Part shown: positions 12,371-21,655 of the stretch, piece by piece | How the letters are laid out: each line of letters begins with the position of its first letter | Numbering within the stretch: position 1 is the first letter of the stretch | Assembly (NCBI GenBank): GCA_036394355.1 | Contig: DASWFH010000310.1 | Coordinates: forward strand, 1 to 47,217 | Reading direction: 5' to 3' | DNA from: Stellaceae bacterium | GTDB taxonomy: Bacteria; Pseudomonadota; Alphaproteobacteria; ATCC43930; CGMCC-115725 | DNA length: 47,217 nucleotides | Notes under the pieces: generated by a model | Told to the model about the DNA's origin: nothing | Database searches by the model: none | What the model saw: only the letters and a program-made list of their open reading frames with translations | Position numbers and translations under genes: made by a program

Positions 12371-12401
12371 ACGCCCTCTGGCTGTTGCCGCCGGAGGGCG
12401 T
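12371..12401. terminator. hairpin between convergent grxD and the ABC permease gene (possible bidirectional terminator)
   Basis: ACGCCCTC (12371-12378) pairs with GAGGGCGT (12394-12401). It sits in the 53-nt gap between two convergent stop codons. The U-tract is weak. Confidence 0.4.
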
Positions 12402-12408
12402 TCGCTTG

Positions 12409-13503
12409 TCAGCCCGCGCGCATCTCGCGCAGCTTGCCGACGATGCCGCTGGGGAAGAAGTAAACAATGAGCACGAAGAGCACGCCCAGCCACAGCAGCC
12501 AGCGCTCGGGATCGAACAGCGCCGGCAGCAGCGGCCAGCCGGCGACGGCGCCGGCTATCGTCGCCATCGCCGGCTGCAGGTAGTACTCGGCCATCACCAG
12601 CACGACCGCCCCCAGCGCCGGGCCGTAGAGCGTGCCCATGCCGCCGATCACCGCCATCAAGAGGATGTCGACCATCAGGTCGAAGGAGAGCGTCGCCGCC
12701 GGCCCGTTGTAGCGCAGCAGCACGGCCATCATCGCGCCCGCAAGCGCCGCCATCGCCGCCGAGAGCGCGCCCGCGAGCGTGCGATAGACCACAGTGCGGT
12801 AGCCCAGCGCCTCGGCGCGGAAGGCGTTCTCGCGGATCGCCTGCAGCACCCGGCCGAAGGGCGAGTTGACGATGCGCAGCATCAGCAGGAACAGCGCCAA
12901 CGACACGGCGAAGATGAGATAATAAGTGATGAGGCGGCCGTCGATGCGCACGCCGAGCACGCTGTCCTCGAGCAGACGGAACCCGGGCGTCAGCACGCGC
13001 GGGACCGAGAAGGTAAGCCCGTCCTCGCCGCCGGTGACATCGCGCAGCTGCGTCGCCAGGATCTGCGCGAAGCTCGCGACGGCGAGCGTGATCATCGAGA
13101 AGAAGATCGCGCGCACGCGCAGGCTCAACAGACCGATGGCGGCGGCCAGTACGATGGCGAGCGCGACGCCGACGGCGGCGCCCAGCAGCACCGCGCCCCA
13201 GCCGACCGAGAACTTGGCGAGCGCGATGGCGACGCCATAGGCGCCGATGCCGAAGAACATGGTGTGGGCGAAGGAAACGATGCCGGTATAACCGAGCATC
13301 ACGTCATAGCTCGCAGCGAGCACCACGAAGATGCAGATGCGCGCGGCCACCGCGACCGAGCGCGTCCCCGGGAACAGGAAGGGTGTCAATGCGAGGCCGA
13401 TGAGCACCGCCAGCATCAGCGCGCTCAGGACGATGCTGCCCGGCCGGTCGCCCGACAGCAGCGAGTCGAGCCGGCCGCGCGTCCGGTCGTCCCCGCCGCT
13501 CAT
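12409..13503 (-). CDS. branched-chain amino acid-type ABC transporter permease (LivM-like)
   Basis: Polytopic membrane protein starting MSGGDDRTRG. Its ATG 13503 overlaps the upstream stop (ATGA). The 728-aa ORF-track entry is a read-through of the upstream overlap. Confidence 0.85.
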   Translation of the reverse strand: MSGGDDRTRGRLDSLLSGDRPGSIVLSALMLAVLIGLALTPFLFPGTRSVAVAARICIFVVLAASYDVMLGYTGIVSFAHTMFFGIGAYGVAIALAKFSVGWGAVLLGAAVGVALAIVLAAAIGLLSLRVRAIFFSMITLAVASFAQILATQLRDVTGGEDGLTFSVPRVLTPGFRLLEDSVLGVRIDGRLITYYLIFAVSLALFLLMLRIVNSPFGRVLQAIRENAFRAEALGYRTVVYRTLAGALSAAMAALAGAMMAVLLRYNGPAATLSFDLMVDILLMAVIGGMGTLYGPALGAVVLVMAEYYLQPAMATIAGAVAGWPLLPALFDPERWLLWLGVLFVLIVYFFPSGIVGKLREMRAG

Positions 13504-14498
13504 TCCTTCGCCACCGGGAAGAGGCCGCGCGGACGCCACAGCAGGATCGCCGCCATCAGCATGATATTGGAGCCGAGCGCCAGCTTGGGCGCGAGGAAGG
13601 CGACATAGTTGGTCAGGAGCCCGACCAGCAGCGCGCCGACGAAGCAGCCGCCGACCGAGCCGAGACCGCCGATGATGAGGATGATGAACACCAGGATTGT
13701 CATATCCGCACCGATGGCGCGGGTGACGAGCTCCTGGTAGACGCCCCACATCACCCCGCCCATCCCGGCGAGCGCCGTGCCGGCGACGAACACGCCGATG
13801 AAGAGCCGATGGATGCGGTAGCCGAGCGCCTCGACCATCTCGCGGTTCTCGACCCCGGCGCGCACCAGGAGGCCGATGCGCGTGCGGTTGAGGACGAAGT
13901 GCAGCGCGAGATAGACGGCGAGCCCCAGCGCGACGGCGATGATCCGGTATTTCTCGATCGCGGCGCCGCCCAGGATGATGCTGCCGCGGAAGCTCGCCGG
14001 CTTGGGCAGCGGCAGCGGATTCGGTCCCCACAGCGCGACGATGAGCTGCTCGGCGACGATGAGCCCGCCCACGGTGACGAGGATCTGCCGCAGATGCGCA
14101 CCGTAGACGCGGCGGATGATGACGCGCTCGAAGACAAAGCCGAGCGTGCCGCTGGCGACGATGGCGGCGCCGAGCGCGACCAAGAGCGCCGCCAGGTTGA
14201 GCCACCAGGACTCGGCGACGCTCCACCCCGCCAACGCCGCAAGCACGCTCACCGCGACATAGGCGCCCAGCGTGATGAAGGCGCCGTGCGCGAAATTGAG
14301 CACGTCCATCAGGCCGAAGATCAGCGTCAGGCCCGAGGCCATGAGGAACAGCATCATGCCCATGGCGACGCCGGCGACGGTGAGGGTGAGCCAAGTGGAG
14401 AAGCTCATCGCCGGCAGCGCGGCCGCCGCCAGCAGCGGCAGCACCAGCGAAGGCGCGACATCGCCGCCCCTGAGGCGAAGCGCAGGAGCGGCGTTCAT
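13500..14498 (-). CDS. branched-chain amino acid-type ABC transporter permease (LivH-like)
   Basis: 332 aa, multi-TM, with the LNFAHGAF motif typical of LivH. ATGA overlap with the upstream ATPase gene. Confidence 0.85.
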   Translation of the reverse strand: MNAAPALRLRGGDVAPSLVLPLLAAAALPAMSFSTWLTLTVAGVAMGMMLFLMASGLTLIFGLMDVLNFAHGAFITLGAYVAVSVLAALAGWSVAESWWLNLAALLVALGAAIVASGTLGFVFERVIIRRVYGAHLRQILVTVGGLIVAEQLIVALWGPNPLPLPKPASFRGSIILGGAAIEKYRIIAVALGLAVYLALHFVLNRTRIGLLVRAGVENREMVEALGYRIHRLFIGVFVAGTALAGMGGVMWGVYQELVTRAIGADMTILVFIILIIGGLGSVGGCFVGALLVGLLTNYVAFLAPKLALGSNIMLMAAILLWRPRGLFPVAKE

Positions 14499-15226
14499 TG
14501 GTGGCTCGCCAGACTGAGACCGAGCAGATGCTGCTGCAGCGCCTCGTCCGCCGCCAATGCGGCCATCGTACCGCTATGGACGATGCGGCCATCATCCATC
14601 ACCGCGACATCGTCGCCGACCGAGCGCGCCATATGGAAATTCTGCTCGACAAGCAGGATCGTGGTCTGCGTCTCCTTCAAGCGGAGGAACGCGTCGATGA
14701 GGTGCTGGATCACGGCCGGGGCGAGCCCCTTGGTCGGCTCGTCGACAATGAGGAGACGGCGCGGCTCGACGATGGCGCGGCTGATCGCCAGCATCTGCTT
14801 CTGTCCGCCCGAGAGCGCGCCGGCGGGATCGTGCCATTTCTGTCGCAGCGCCGGGAAGAGCGCGAGGACCTGCTCCAGCCGCGCCTCGTCGAAGCCGGCG
14901 GGCCCGGTCGCGAGCAGCAGGTTCTCGCGCACCGTGAGCTGGCTGAAGATGCCCATCGTCTCCGGCACATAGGCGATGCCGAGGCGGGCGATGTCGGGCG
15001 TGGCGAGGGTGTCGATCGCCTGGCCGTCGAAGGTGATCTCGCCGGCGCTGCGGCGCCACAGCGCCATGATGGTACGCAGGGCGGTGGTCTTGCCGGCGCC
15101 GTTGCGCCCGAGCAGCATGGTGAGCCGGCCGCGGCGCACGGCGAGATCGACGCCGTGCAGGATATGATAGCGGCCGATATGCGTGTTGACGCCGCTGAGC
15201 TGCAGCAGCGGCGGATCTGCGCTCAA
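14495..15226 (-). CDS. ABC transporter ATP-binding protein (LivF-like)
   Basis: Walker A GRNGAGKTT, signature LSGGQKQML, Walker B LLIVDEP. The proposed TTG start at 15226 overlaps the TGA of the upstream hydrolase gene (TTGA). Confidence 0.85.
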   Translation of the reverse strand: MSADPPLLQLSGVNTHIGRYHILHGVDLAVRRGRLTMLLGRNGAGKTTALRTIMALWRRSAGEITFDGQAIDTLATPDIARLGIAYVPETMGIFSQLTVRENLLLATGPAGFDEARLEQVLALFPALRQKWHDPAGALSGGQKQMLAISRAIVEPRRLLIVDEPTKGLAPAVIQHLIDAFLRLKETQTTILLVEQNFHMARSVGDDVAVMDDGRIVHSGTMAALAADEALQQHLLGLSLASHQ

Positions 15227-16368
15227 GACGCGTCCTCGATGGCGCTGTGGATGCAGTTGCTGACGATGTCGAGCCGCCGCGAATGCCAGGGATCGGGCAC
15301 CCGGCTGTTGGTGAGGTAGGCGAAGGAGACGCCCGATTCCGGATCGCCCCAGCAATAGGACGAGCCGACCCCGCCATGGCCGAAGGTGCTCGGCGAGGCC
15401 AGCGACCCGAGTCCGCGGATGTTCTCGCTCGTGCCGCGCGAATGCGGGCCCAAGCCGCGATGCATCGCCATGCCCATGTAGTGGTCGACGCGCTCGCCGG
15501 TGAAGTTGCGCGTCACGAACTGCACCATGCGCGGCGAGACGATGCGCGCGCCGTCGAGGGTGCCGCCGCCGAGCAGCATCTGATAGAAGGCGGCCATGGC
15601 GCGCGCCGTGGCGAAGCCGCCGCTACCGGGGACGCCGGCGCGGCGGAACTCGACGCTGTTCTCCTGGGCGAAGCGGATCTGGCGGCGCCCGTCCTCGGAT
15701 GGCGCGTGCATCTCGGCGGCGCGTTTTCCCTCGGCATCCGGCAGGCCGACGAAGAGCTCGGCGCTCAAACCGAGCGGCTCGATGAGGCGCGAGCGGATGA
15801 AAGCGCGGTAATCCGTCTTGGTCACCGCCTCGATCAGCACCGCCGCGACCCAGTGCGCCGCCAGGCGGTGGTATTCGACGCGCGACCCCGGCGTCCATTC
15901 GAGCGTGAAGTCGCAGACGAGCCGGCGCAGCAGCTGATGATCCTCCCAGGCCGCCGGCGGCAAGGTCATGCCGGCGCCGGGGAAGCCGCCCTGATGCGTC
16001 AGGACCTGCAACAGGGTGATGTCGCCCTTGCCGTTGCGGGCGAAGTCCGGCAGATGGTCGGCGATGCGGTCGTTGAAGGTGAGCGCACCGTCCTCGACCA
16101 ACATCCAGACCGCCGCCGCGGTGATCACCTTGGTGTTGGAATAGAGCAGCCACACGGTATCGTCGCGCGCCGGCACCGGCTGCGGCTCGAGCCGCGCCGC
16201 GCCGAAGCTGCGGCAGAGCGCGAGCTTGCCGTGGCGGGCCAGGGCGATCTGCGCGCCGGGGTAGCGGCCCTCCTTGATGTGTCCATCGATGATGGCGCAG
16301 AGGCGCTCGAGCCTGTCGACACGCAGATCCAGCGCGCCGGGCTCGGCGCTGTCGATGACGAACGGCAT
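15223..16368 (-). CDS. serine hydrolase, beta-lactamase fold (family VIII esterase / aminopeptidase / NylB-like)
   Basis: SxxK motif as YSNTKV and a C-terminal FGHGGVGSS box. 381 aa with no signal peptide. Confidence 0.8.
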   Translation of the reverse strand: MPFVIDSAEPGALDLRVDRLERLCAIIDGHIKEGRYPGAQIALARHGKLALCRSFGAARLEPQPVPARDDTVWLLYSNTKVITAAAVWMLVEDGALTFNDRIADHLPDFARNGKGDITLLQVLTHQGGFPGAGMTLPPAAWEDHQLLRRLVCDFTLEWTPGSRVEYHRLAAHWVAAVLIEAVTKTDYRAFIRSRLIEPLGLSAELFVGLPDAEGKRAAEMHAPSEDGRRQIRFAQENSVEFRRAGVPGSGGFATARAMAAFYQMLLGGGTLDGARIVSPRMVQFVTRNFTGERVDHYMGMAMHRGLGPHSRGTSENIRGLGSLASPSTFGHGGVGSSYCWGDPESGVSFAYLTNSRVPDPWHSRRLDIVSNCIHSAIEDAS

Positions 16369-16391
16369 GACTTCCTCCCCGTGTGTAGATG

Positions 16392-17171
16392 CTATTGCGG
16401 CGCCCCTTGTCGGACGCCGAGATACGCCTCTTGCACGATCGGCGACGCCACCACCGCCGCCGGCGCGCCATCGGCGACCAGCGCGCCATTGTGCAGCACG
16501 ATGACGCGATCGGCGAGCCGGCGCACCACGTCCATCTTGTGCTCGACCAGCAGGATGGTCTTGTCGCCGTCGCGCTTGATCGCCTCGATCAGATCGAGGA
16601 TCACCGGCACCTCGTCGACGCTCATCCCGGCGGTCGGCTCGTCGAACATGAAAATCTCCGGCTCGAGCGCGAGCAGGATCGCCACCTCGAGCTTGCGCTG
16701 ATCGCCATGCGGCAGCGACGCCGCGCTCGCCGCCGCGCGCTCGCCAAGCTTGACGCGCGCAAGATAGCCCCAGGCGCGCTCGATGAGATCGTCATGGCGC
16801 GCCGCCATGGTGAGGAAATCGAGCCCCACGCGGGCGCGCGCCTGCACGGCGAGGCGCACATTCTCGAGCACGGAGAGGCTTGGAAACAGGTTGGTGAGCT
16901 GGAAGGCGCGCCCCAACCCGCGCCGCGCGCGCGCCGGGGCGGCGAGGCCGGTGATCGCCTCCCCCTTGAGCAGCACCACGCCGGCGCTGGCACGGAGCTG
17001 CCCGGAGATCAGGTTGAAATAGGTCGTCTTGCCGGCGCCGTTCGGCCCGACGATCGCCGTGAGCGTGCCGCGGTCGAAGGCGCACGACACGCGGTCGACC
17101 GCGACATGGCCGCCGAAGCGGATGGTGAGGTCGCGCGTCTCGAGCAGCGGGACGGCGCCACCCATTCGCAC
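16392..17171 (-). CDS. ABC transporter ATP-binding protein (LivG-like)
   Basis: Walker A GPNGAGKTT, signature-region LPHGDQRKLE, Walker B FMFDEPTAGM. Confidence 0.85.
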   Translation of the reverse strand: MRMGGAVPLLETRDLTIRFGGHVAVDRVSCAFDRGTLTAIVGPNGAGKTTYFNLISGQLRASAGVVLLKGEAITGLAAPARARRGLGRAFQLTNLFPSLSVLENVRLAVQARARVGLDFLTMAARHDDLIERAWGYLARVKLGERAAASAASLPHGDQRKLEVAILLALEPEIFMFDEPTAGMSVDEVPVILDLIEAIKRDGDKTILLVEHKMDVVRRLADRVIVLHNGALVADGAPAAVVASPIVQEAYLGVRQGAPQ

Positions 17172-17196
17172 CCCCTCGCCGCTCCGGCGCCGCTCT

Positions 17197-18387
17197 CTAG
17201 CGCCCGTTCCGGATCGGGACCTTCATGTCCTCGATCTTGATCACCCGGGTGAGGTCGGGGATCCCCCAGGCGACGCTCGGATCGACCTTGATCTTGAACG
17301 CATACATCTCCTGCAGCGCCTGGTGGTCCTCCTTGCGGAAGGTCATCTTGCCCTTGGGCGTGTCGAACGACATGCCTTCCATCGCAGCGATCAGCTTCTC
17401 GGTATCGGTCGCGCCACCGGTCTTGGTCAGCGCCTCCACCACCGCCATCGCGGCCGCCATGCCGCCGCAGGTGAAGAAATCGGGCGGCGCGTTGAAGCGC
17501 TTCTTGTGCTCGGCGACAAGCCAGTCATTCGCGGGGTTCTTGGGTATCTCGTAGTAGTAATAGGTGGCGCCTTCGAGCCCCGGGAACTCCTTGTAAGCGG
17601 CGAGCGCCGGCAGGATGTTGCCGCCGGTCGAGACCTCTATGCCGAGCCGCTCCGGGTTGAGCGCGTTGATCGCCGGGAACGGGTTGCCGCCGGCCCAGAT
17701 CACCCAGAGGATCTTACGCCCCTGCTCCTTGCCGAGCGCGTCGAAGATGCGCTGCAACGGTGCGGTGAAGTCGGTGGTGGCCTGCGGTGCATATTCCTCG
17801 TGCACCAGCTTGGCGCCGGTGCCGGCGAGCGCGTCGCGGAAGGCAGCGACACCATCGCGGCCAAAGGCGTAATCCTGCGCCAAGGTCGCCACGACGACGC
17901 CCGGCTTGCCGATCGCCAGCGCGTTCGAGATCGCGTCCTGCGAGGAGTTGCGCGCAGTGCGGAAGATATAGCGGTTCCACTTATCGCCGGTGATGGAATC
18001 TGCAACCGCCGGCTCGACGATCAGCACCTTCTTGAAGTCCAGCGCCACCGGCAGCATGGCGAGCGCCACGCCCGAATTGGTGCCGCCGACCGCGAGGTCG
18101 ACATTGTCGTCGCCGAAAGCCTCGGACAACAGGTTGCGGCCGACATCCGGCTTGGTCTGGCTGTCCTTCTCGACCACCTCGATCTTGCGCCCGGCGACCG
18201 TCATCGTCCCCTTGGTGGCATATTCGAGGCCCATCATGAAGCCGGTCACGGTCTGCTTGGCATAAGCCTCGAGCGGGCCGGTCTTGTCGGCGATCAGCGC
18301 CACCCTGACCGGCTTGCCCTGTTGGGCGGAAGCCGGGACCACAAGACCCAGCACGAGGGCGGCGACGAGCGGCAGCAGGCGATGCAT
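17197..18387 (-). CDS. ABC transporter periplasmic substrate-binding protein (Leu/Ile/Val/amide-binding family)
   Basis: ATG 18387 preceded by GGGGGAG. Signal peptide MHRLLPLVAALVLGLVVPASA. Mature part starts VRVALIADKTGPLEAYAK. The ORF-track start at 18600 is an unlikely extension. Confidence 0.85.
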   Translation of the reverse strand: MHRLLPLVAALVLGLVVPASAQQGKPVRVALIADKTGPLEAYAKQTVTGFMMGLEYATKGTMTVAGRKIEVVEKDSQTKPDVGRNLLSEAFGDDNVDLAVGGTNSGVALAMLPVALDFKKVLIVEPAVADSITGDKWNRYIFRTARNSSQDAISNALAIGKPGVVVATLAQDYAFGRDGVAAFRDALAGTGAKLVHEEYAPQATTDFTAPLQRIFDALGKEQGRKILWVIWAGGNPFPAINALNPERLGIEVSTGGNILPALAAYKEFPGLEGATYYYYEIPKNPANDWLVAEHKKRFNAPPDFFTCGGMAAAMAVVEALTKTGGATDTEKLIAAMEGMSFDTPKGKMTFRKEDHQALQEMYAFKIKVDPSVAWGIPDLTRVIKIEDMKVPIRNGR

Positions 18388-18771
18388 AGGGCTCCCCCAA
18401 TGGAATTTGTTGCCGTGAAAACCCACGAAGCTGGGGAAATCAACGGCTTGGCCTCGCGGTTTTCCGGAGTTTCGCCCATGTGCGGGCACCGACACAACCG
18501 ATTTTCCGGACGGCGGCCCGCCCGGAGGCCCTAGTGGTTGACTTCGCCGATGGGGAGTGGCCGAAGTTGACCAGTAGCGCCGCGGGCCTGGGTGGGACAT
18601 CAGGCGGCTGGCTCTGGGCCAGCTGGGAAACGAAATCTCGCCAAGGATCGAGCGGGCGAGCGCATCTGGGCGAAGCTGCTGGGCGAGCCCATCGCAAGTC
18701 CGGAGCCGTCTAGCCGTCGCCCGAGATCGCGATCATGGATGGCGCGGCGCGCGAGCTGAAGCCGGCATCAT

Positions 18772-18945
18772 CTATGCAGAGGGTTTGGGCCGCGTCGGCT
18801 GCCGCTGCCGCTTCACGATGGAAGCAACAGTCTCGTATCGTTCTGCCCGCTCGTTGAACTCAGTGCGTAGCGTTAGGGCTAGCGCCCTCTTGGCCATATC
18901 ACGATACGCGTCGGCCATGTCTAGTAGCTGTTGCTCGTGCAGCAT
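18772..18945 (-). CDS. possible 57-aa helical protein (MLHEQQLLDMADAYRDMAKRALALTLRTEFNERAERYETVASIVKRQRQPTRPKPSA)
   Basis: Hand-translated ORF below the 60-aa cutoff of the track. Its composition is more protein-like than the overlapping Cys/Ser-rich plus-strand ORF. The RBS is weak and no family is recognised. Confidence 0.25.
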   Translation of the reverse strand: MLHEQQLLDMADAYRDMAKRALALTLRTEFNERAERYETVASIVKRQRQPTRPKPSA

Positions 18946-19357
18946 CGTCCGCCAACCCCGAGGCTGGGAGCTAGATTGGGCGACGCGTCACGAAACTACA
19001 ATCCTTGACTGCGTTGCGGCGCATCACAAATCCCGTGGCAAAATTAGGTGCTGGCTCGCTACCAGTCCACGTCGTCATTCCCCGCCAATTTTGTCACGAA
19101 GCTGAAGCAATGACGCGCTATTTGTTGGGCGTCCTTCGGACACATCGGGGCTGCGGCCCGCCGCGGTCTCGCCCTTAACACCCTGGCCCCCAGCCAGGGT
19201 GTCTCTTTATCCAGCGATACTCAATCAACGCGATCACGGCGGCGTGCATGGCCCGTCCCTAATGCCGAGCGTCTGCGCCGTCGCGATGACGGAGCCGACC
19301 TTGTGGAACCCCAATAGCGGCTGCTCGTTCGCCCCCTATGGCCAACGGAGGGAAGCC

Positions 19358-19693
19358 ATGCGCGCATCTAGCTCCCTGATCGCTCTCGCCATCGTCGCCA
19401 TCCTGCTCGCCTCACCGGTTTCCTATGCCCAGCAATCAAATCAGAGTGCGCCGAACGCGCAGCAAGAGCGCATGAAGACCTGCAACACGCAGGCGTCGTC
19501 ACAGAAGCTCACAGGCGACGCTCGAAAGAGCTTTATGTCCGAGTGCTTGAGCAGCGAGACGAGTGGCAGCGGCACAACTAGCGGGAAGTCACAACAGGAC
19601 ACGACGCGATACTGCAATTTCCAGGCGAGTGATCGGCACCTTACGGGGGACGCCCGCAGGAGCTTCGTCTCGGACTGCCTCAAGGGGCAGTAA
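19358..19693 (+). CDS. psiF: PsiF-repeat protein (phosphate-starvation-inducible PsiF family)
   Basis: GGAGGGA RBS, a signal peptide, and two PsiF repeats (QQERMKTCNTQASSQKLTGDARKSFMSECL and TTRYCNFQASDRHLTGDARRSFVSDCL). Confidence 0.8.
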   Translation: MRASSSLIALAIVAILLASPVSYAQQSNQSAPNAQQERMKTCNTQASSQKLTGDARKSFMSECLSSETSGSGTTSGKSQQDTTRYCNFQASDRHLTGDARRSFVSDCLKGQ

Positions 19694-19863
19694 GCGGTTC
19701 CAGGACGGCTGAGCCGCTAAGCCGATGCGGGTCTCCGTATTCGTCCCGTCCCTCCGCGGGCCGGGCATGGGGGCGCGCCGACGACACCACGCGACTCGAG
19801 TCGCAGTCAACGGGGCGAGCGCCCGAGCGGGACGAGTCGGACCGGGCATGGTATGCTTTATCA

Positions 19864-20262
19864 TCAACCGAGCACGAGATAAGTGCTGAACCCCGCTACA
19901 ATCAACGCCAACACTGCCGACAAGATCAGCTCTGCGCGGACGCTGCTGCCGGAATGAATTTCCTGGTCATCGAGCAGGCGCCCGGTACGGATAAAACGTG
20001 CGGCTGCGACGGCAATCAGGGCAATTCCGACAAGGATGAGTGCGAGCCCGTCGTACCGGCCAAGCGGCCCCGATAGCCTTCCGAGCTGCAATCGACGTCC
20101 TGCATCAAGCGAGCTCGCGCTTGCCATCGTGAGCACAAACAGGTTGAACTTCTCGATGACGAACCCAAACGCTATCACGGCGATGCCGGTGCGCACCCAA
20201 GCGAGAAACGTTCGCTCGTTGGCAGCATGATCACTGAAGCCGCGGATCATGAAATGCCTCAT
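19864..20262 (-). CDS. YidH/DUF202 family membrane protein
   Basis: The ANERTFLAWVRTGIAVIAFGF motif plus three TM helices. Confidence 0.75.
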   Translation of the reverse strand: MRHFMIRGFSDHAANERTFLAWVRTGIAVIAFGFVIEKFNLFVLTMASASSLDAGRRLQLGRLSGPLGRYDGLALILVGIALIAVAAARFIRTGRLLDDQEIHSGSSVRAELILSAVLALIVAGFSTYLVLG

Positions 20263-20290
20263 TCATCATCCGAAACGAAACCGTGGGCCA

Positions 20291-20782
20291 CTACGGAGAT
20301 GTCGTTGCCGTTCGCGCGACGACGCTGAGGGCGGCAGAAAGGGCCTTGAGCGTCGGGTCAATTTCGGGGGCCTGGCCCAGCCCGTGCCGTTTCGCGAGCC
20401 AGCTCGGATCGTTGTACGAAAGCCACGTGTTGCCTGACGCATCCTGCCAAACCAGTGCCTTTAGCGGCAGATCGATTCCGATCGTCTGAAGTGATTGCAT
20501 AAGCGGCGTGCCGCCTTTGGCATTGCCGAAGATCAGGAGGTCTGTCGGCCGCAGCGACAGCCCAACCTCTGCGGCCCCCGCCGCATGATCGATGCGGGCG
20601 AATACGGTCATGCCCCTTGCCTTAACCCCGGCCTCCAGCTTGCTCATCGTATCCTTCGGCCCGTAGCTGCTCCGTATGGTCGTCAGTCCGTCTGCGGCCA
20701 TTGTTTGCACTCCCCATAGGCATATCACGGCGGTCAACGCGAAGACTTTCGCTCTCGTCAGAAAGCCTGGCTCTTGTGTCAT
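20291..20782 (-). CDS. DUF302 domain protein with N-terminal signal/anchor
   Basis: ATG 20782. Segments VFARIDHAAGA and PLKALVWQDASGNTWLSYNDP are typical of DUF302. Confidence 0.7.
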   Translation of the reverse strand: MTQEPGFLTRAKVFALTAVICLWGVQTMAADGLTTIRSSYGPKDTMSKLEAGVKARGMTVFARIDHAAGAAEVGLSLRPTDLLIFGNAKGGTPLMQSLQTIGIDLPLKALVWQDASGNTWLSYNDPSWLAKRHGLGQAPEIDPTLKALSAALSVVARTATTSP

Positions 20783-20814
20783 GACTATCCATCCCGGAAT
20801 AGCCGCCGGGCGGC

Positions 20815-21597
20815 TCAGGCGGCGAACTTGAAGGCCGCCATGCTCATGCTGCCGAGGGTGAAGCCCTGATGCAGCCGCTCGCCGCGCGCCCCCTTCCCGG
20901 CCGCCCCCAGCGCCACGAACAGCGGCAGGAAGTGCTCGTCGGTGGGCTGCGCCTGGCGCGCATGGGGAGCGCGGCGCCAATCGAGCAGATCGGCCGCGCG
21001 CCCTTCGGCGACCATGGCGGCCAGCCAGTCGTCAAAGCCTTGCGCCCAAGCCGGCGCCGGGCCGCCCTCCCAGGCCACCTCGCGCAGATTATGGACGGCG
21101 CCGCCGCTCCCCAGGATGAGCACGCCTTCCGCGCGCAGCGGCTGGAGCGCCTCGCCGATGCGATAATGCCAGGCGGCATCCCGGCCGGGCTGCACCGAAA
21201 GCTGGATCGTCGGCACGTCTGCCTCGGGATACATCAGCCGCAGCGGGACCCAGGCGCCGTGATCGAGGCCGCGTGCACGATCGATGCTTGCGGTCATGCC
21301 GGCACCCGACAGCAGACGCGCGACGCGCTCCGCCAGCGCCGGGTCGCCGGGCGCCGGATAGGTGATCTGATAAAGCGGCGCGGGAAAGCCGTGGAAGTCA
21401 TGGATGGTATCGTTGCGGGCGGGACCGCTCACCGTCGGCGCGGCGGTGGTCCAATGCGCGGAGACGCAGAGCACCGCCTTGGGCCGCGGCAGCCCGCCCG
21501 CGAGGCTCTGCCACGCCGCGCCGGTCTCGCCGGCATCGAGCGCGAGAGTCGGCGCGCCATGGGAGACGAAGATGCTGGGGAGCTTCGGGTCGGGCAT
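20815..21597 (-). CDS. class III extradiol dioxygenase (4,5-DOPA dioxygenase, YgiD-like)
   Basis: IFVSHGAP, VSAHW, DHGAWVPL and GSGGAVHNL motifs. 260 aa. Confidence 0.85.
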   Translation of the reverse strand: MPDPKLPSIFVSHGAPTLALDAGETGAAWQSLAGGLPRPKAVLCVSAHWTTAAPTVSGPARNDTIHDFHGFPAPLYQITYPAPGDPALAERVARLLSGAGMTASIDRARGLDHGAWVPLRLMYPEADVPTIQLSVQPGRDAAWHYRIGEALQPLRAEGVLILGSGGAVHNLREVAWEGGPAPAWAQGFDDWLAAMVAEGRAADLLDWRRAPHARQAQPTDEHFLPLFVALGAAGKGARGERLHQGFTLGSMSMAAFKFAA

Positions 21598-21655
21598 TGG
21601 GGGCCTCCTCTGCGGGCTGCCTCTTAAGTGGATCGCGCGGTGGCCATCGGCAACC

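Noticed and set aside
18785-19105. 106-aa plus-strand ORF in the gene-poor region.
   Set aside because: Cys/Ser/Arg-rich composition, no RBS and no recognisable family. The opposite-strand 57-codon ORF is a better, though still weak, candidate.
19791-19804. Perfect 14-nt palindrome GCGACTCGAGTCGC between convergent psiF and the DUF202 gene.
   Set aside because: It is a zero-loop palindrome with no U-tract and occurs only once. No function can be inferred.
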